This document shows positions 59,601 through 64,000 of a stretch of DNA of 64,000 nt, in pieces; the stretch's first letter is position 1; each line of letters starts with the position of its first letter. A program made the translations under genes and the position numbers. The stretch comes from Oopsacas minuta. Its lineage: Eukaryota > Animalia > Porifera. Below the pieces are notes generated by a model that saw nothing but the letters and a program-made list of their open reading frames with translations, did not search any database and had not been told where the DNA came from. The stretch lies in contig JAKMXF010000310.1 of NCBI GenBank assembly GCA_024704765.1, positions 869,999 through 933,998 of the forward strand, given 5' to 3'.

Positions 59601-62600
59601 GCATACTATTATCGCTCAATGGAGAATTATTAATTCTCAAGTTACGCACACATCCAGACATGCTTGGTGAGGTATTTTTAGTTGAGCCGATGTAGATAGT
59701 ACCTGAATGGAAAAAATTTTACAGTGGAACCTGCATAATCCGAAACTCGTTGGGACATGAAAATAGTATTAGAATAGCAAATTGTCTGATTTTGATTCTT
59801 CTAAAATATATTCTAGACACACGTACAAATAGAGGCCGCAAGTACACATACCTAAAAACCATATTTAAATAAGTTCAGTGGATCCTGAAAACGGTCACTC
59901 TACGTAAATAACTGTTCATTATTAACCTGTATAGCAGCCATCCCTACATATCGTCCAATTTTATCGAACCCTCTAACACACATGGGAAGTTTCCAACTTC
60001 CCATATAAGTTAGAGGGTTCGATCAAATGGGAACACTATGATCCAATTCGAACCATGTAGGTGCTTCGATGACCGTATTGGAATATTAATATAACGAGAG
60101 TTGAATATACATGTATAATGAAAATTACAACATACCAGAAGAAGATGTACATAGCCTGTTAGGAAGACTAAAACTAGTAGAAGTATTATCTACTCGTATA
60201 ATAAGGGATTGATTGATATTCAGATAAATAGACAGATCAGACCAGTCTGACACAAGAGAATTTTCATAAGTTACATATAGTGTAACACTTTCAGCTGCAC
60301 AGAAGAATAAATCAGCAACCAACGCCTGATCTGCATCAAATCTGAAGATAGTTCAAAACTAAAATTTTAGGCTATATAGTCTAATCTATCAAATGTAATT
60401 ACCTAATACGAATAGCGTCTGAATAATACAACAAGCCCCCGCTCTTAGTAAGAGGCCTTATTTCCAGTTGTATGATGGTGATCTCCTCAGTAACCTGCAG
60501 TTCTATTGAAGAGTCAGATATGAGGGTAAAGGCAGTTATTTTGTCTAAACAGCGAGCACCCTCATACTGATCTGGACACTGACAGAATAGGATAGAAGAT
60601 GTGGAAGAGGAACAAACGCCACCATTCTGACAGGGATTCTCTAACGGACATGAAGTGATACATGAGTAGAGATCTGAACTAATGTTAGAATTCTGATTAT
60701 CAAGTATAGCAACAATTGGGTTTGATAGCAGGCCATTGAAATTTCCTTCTTCTCTTGTACCTCCAATATAATAATTGCCTAGATAATTGGATAATTTGAT
60801 ATGATAGGGTTTAAAATGAAAAATGAAAAAATATCAAATAATATAGAGCTTACACTTTTGTATTAGTTTCCCTATACTGTAGGAAAAGGTCATTTCTCTG
60901 ATTATAGAAAACTAGCATATTAGACACAAGACATCAGTCTAGCCTTTATTTACTTTTACCAATTAATTAAGCTAATGTCTGTTTAAAATATTATATAGAT
61001 ATTCGTATTATTCCCTATATTTATCAGTAATAAAAGTGACGGTCATTGATGGCACAGCAATGAAAAGTGGAGCTTCTTTGCTATAGGATTAAATTGTTTC
61101 TACAAATGTGGGCTCTATTAGCTCCGCTTCCTACGGCCCTATCAACAAGTAAGCTAGCTGATTCGTGAATAATGAACATTTTGTCATAATCATATCCTTG
61201 CTAATATTTAAATTTAAATTTTCTAAAATTTTCAACAAACTACAATAGAGGAATAATTAGCAATATGATTATTAATTAGTAAGGAGCATTCAATAATTAA
61301 TGTCCTGACCTACCTTTGAGAGTAGTTAGAATTTCAGGAGGAGGTATCTCTTCACTTTTACAGTATATTCCATCGACATGTAACTCTATAGCTGTAGGAG
61401 AGATAATTAGTAGAATTGCGTGCCAAACAGTATCAGCGAGTGAGACATTTCTAAATATTATGGGATTTCTGGAGGATAGAGATAATGCATTGTCCGGTGC
61501 AACTACCGGATGTGAATAACGGAGAATTAGTTGATCGAGAGAACCAAGTGATCTGAGTTCCAATACTATATCTGAATCAGTATTGAATGAAAACAATACT
61601 CCATCATTATCAAACTCCTGCCATAACCAAGTACTGAATACAATTCCTGGTGAGAACAAACATATAGTATCAGCAGATGAAATCACTTGATTGCCGTTAA
61701 GTGATAGAAAATCCGTCTGATTCGTAGCAGAACTTAGTTGCATTATATTCAGGAGGCCACAAACTGAAAGCTTAGAAGCGAAACTTTCTACATCTTGACA
61801 CCTGTTGAATAGAAAATATATAAAAAATTTAAATTAATAACTATAAATGTGAATTAGCAAATATACACAATATTCAATCTATGTATTATCACTTGCACGA
61901 TATACGTACATACTCACCTAGTACCAGAAAAGCCATCAAGACACTGACAAGCATATTCTGAATCTAAAGCGAAGCATTCTCCTTCAAATAGACAGGGACT
62001 AGATATGCAAGCGTTAGACAACTCACAATTGTCACCAAAGTATCCAGGAAGACAGTTACATGAATAATAATCTGGACCATTCATACAAATTCCACCGTTG
62101 AGACAAGCCACATTCTCACAGTTATCAATTCTGACGTCACAATTCTGTCCTGTATATCCGTGGTTACATTGACATTCATAGGACGAATCAGCTTCTATAC
62201 ACTGTCCGTTTTTACAAGGAATAAATGTACACGGGTGAACAATTCTCTGGCAGAGAGGACCTTCAAATTCGGGGGGACACATACACACGAAGCTACCTTT
62301 TGTATTAATACAGATACTCTCATCCTTGCAGGGTTGAACTAGACATTCGTCAATATCTTCCTCGCATAAACTCCCATTGAATCCATGCGAACAGTTACAG
62401 TTGAAAGAACCATTCATGTTAACACAAGTGCCTCCATTAACACAGGGTAGGTAGTTGCATTCGTTAACATCTAACTCACACTCTGTGCCTGTGTATCCGG
62501 GAGCACACATACAGATGTATCCATTGGTTGTCTCCGAGCAGGCACCACCATTGAAGCATGGGGAGCTAGTACAGTGTAATATTTCGGTCTCACAAGTGCT

Positions 62601-64000
62601 ACCTGTAAATCTTCCTGGACATTCACAAGTATAGGAATTTATCATATCAATGCATGTACCTTTGTTCAGACAAGTTTGATCATTACAATCATTAATGTTT
62701 ATCTGACACTGATCACCTGTGTATCCTTCCATGCAAGAACAAGTATATCCTTGCTCAGAGTCCACACAAGTTGCCCTGTTTTCACAGGGAAGCATTGTTA
62801 TACATTCATTTTCAAATTGGCACCTGTCTCCAGTTAAACCAGTAGCACAAGTACATTCAAATCCACCTACAGGCAAATTTTTACATGATCCCCCTCCTAA
62901 ACAGGGCACAGATGTACAATTCCTTTGGAAACATAAGTTCTCATCCATGATTATATTATCTGTACTCACATTCTCGAAAAGAGAGTTTGTGATTATATCT
63001 CCTCCAATATAACAAAGCTGATTATTACTAGTAATAACAATAGAGTTCGCAGTTTGCAAAGATGCCAATCCGTCTACACTTACAATTTGAGAATTTCCAA
63101 TTATCGATAAGCGACCACCTACAGAAGATAAGGAGCTGAAACCAGTTATCTGTAAAAGATCGGAATTAAGGTTAAGGTAAATAGAGTTGGTAACAGATTG
63201 GATGCGTGTAAATCCATTGATATCTTCAAGATTTAAGTTAGAGATTAGGTATAGTTCATCAATCATTACTATTTCGTTCAGTCCTGACAAATCAGATAAT
63301 TTGCTATTATATGCAATGACGACAGGTCCATTAACAATCTGTATGTGCTTGAAGCCGGATACATTTAAGAGTTCCAGGTTGCCAATGACAGAAATGCCTT
63401 CTATGGTTAACATTTCGTCAGAAGCTATATTTCTCCCTAATTCTGAAGTGCTGACCAAATCTGGCATTTGGATAATAGATATTGATCGGAAAAATTCTAA
63501 ATTCTCAAGACCTGCCAGCGACTTCAACTGCTGTATTTCTCTAAGCACTAAACTGCCGTTAATCACACGCAAGCCATTAAGAGGAGACAGAGAGGATTCT
63601 ATTTCACCACTAATCTCTAAGTCAGCCTGTAGCCTCTCGCAAAGAGACAGACGTAGAATAGAGTACATAGATGGGATCTTTACTATGTTTAGACCGTTTT
63701 TACAATTCGCGAAAAATGATATTTTCATTGAAGAAGTATTGCTAATTCCTTCCTCAGTATCTACAGCCTGTAGGGTAACCGTTCTCTCGGAGAGGTCAGG
63801 AGAGAACAAAAGTATGTTAGCTAGCTTAGAATTAGAGTAGAATACTCGAGTAAGCGCAGAGATGAATTGTTCAGTAGTGGCTGGTCCTTCTAAGGTCAGC
63901 GGCATGAGCTCAGGAGTTGATCTTATTACATCAGACTCTAGAGGATTAAATGTCAATTTTTCGTCGACTCCATCCGGACTATTGACTAGCATGATAATCA
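56671..64000 (-). CDS. 3' part of a large multi-exon protein: cadherin-like segment, receptor-L solenoid, 9 EGF repeats, then LamG-EGF-LamG-LamG; no TM seen
   Basis: Exons: <64000-61918, 61801-61314, 60779-60403, ~60341-60133, 59702-~59420, ~57940-57860, ~57345-57130, ~56765-56671 (ends GCIRDVVWNS...TCSY*). The first four junctions were checked as GT-AG in frame; later ones are approximate. Confidence 0.8.
58040..58127. repeat. 88-nt foldback hairpin (41-bp arms, 35/41 complementary, 6-nt loop), intronic
   Basis: Arms 58040-58080 and 58087-58127. Confidence 0.85.
59963..60023. repeat. Two-tier hairpin (15-bp + 10-bp stems, 3-nt loop), intronic
   Basis: ATCGAACCCTCTAAC/GTTAGAGGGTTCGAT and ATGGGAAGTT/AACTTCCCAT. 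Confidence 0.8.

Noticed and set aside
8473-63840. Numerous antisense or overlapping short ORFs (e.g. 8473-8778, 12327-12733, 19306-19653, 42224-42733, 63187-63840)
   Set aside because: They are shadows of real genes on the opposite strand, with no domain signal.
1-64000. tRNA, rRNA and snRNA genes
   Set aside because: No cloverleaf with A/B boxes and no recognisable rRNA or U-snRNA motif was found by eye; the GTTCGA hits belong to MITE palindromes. tRNAscan/Infernal would be needed to exclude them fully.

Overview
AT-rich eukaryotic (animal) genomic scaffold, not prokaryotic. There is one 618-N gap with a Nextera adapter remnant beside it. The mix of intronless housekeeping genes, many NHL-repeat paralogues and a TRAF paralogue suggests an intron-poor sponge such as the glass sponge Oopsacas; this is inference only. 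Host genes: mitochondrial-type CYP, GT10 fucosyltransferase, NOP53, PSMD3, atypical PKC, RPA12, Gfo/Idh/MocA dehydrogenase, SmD3, a TRAF, 4-5 NHL-type genes, and the 3' part of a large multi-exon gene combining a receptor-L domain, EGF repeats and LamG domains with no visible TM segment. The window is rich in DNA transposons. Two near-identical, oppositely oriented 3.4-kb Ginger1-type elements (TGT...ACA ends, CCG[G/T] 4-bp targets, 31-bp subterminal repeat arrays) encode a 5-intron integrase fused to a Ulp1/SENP-type protease and carry different frameshifts. One of them splits an otherwise intact DD37E Tc1-type transposase. A MITE sits inside a hAT, which sits inside a MULE. A P/THAP9-like element has a 950-aa ORF, ~163-bp TIRs and a C54W THAP zinc-ligand substitution. 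All family calls come from motif recognition by eye; no database searches were run.
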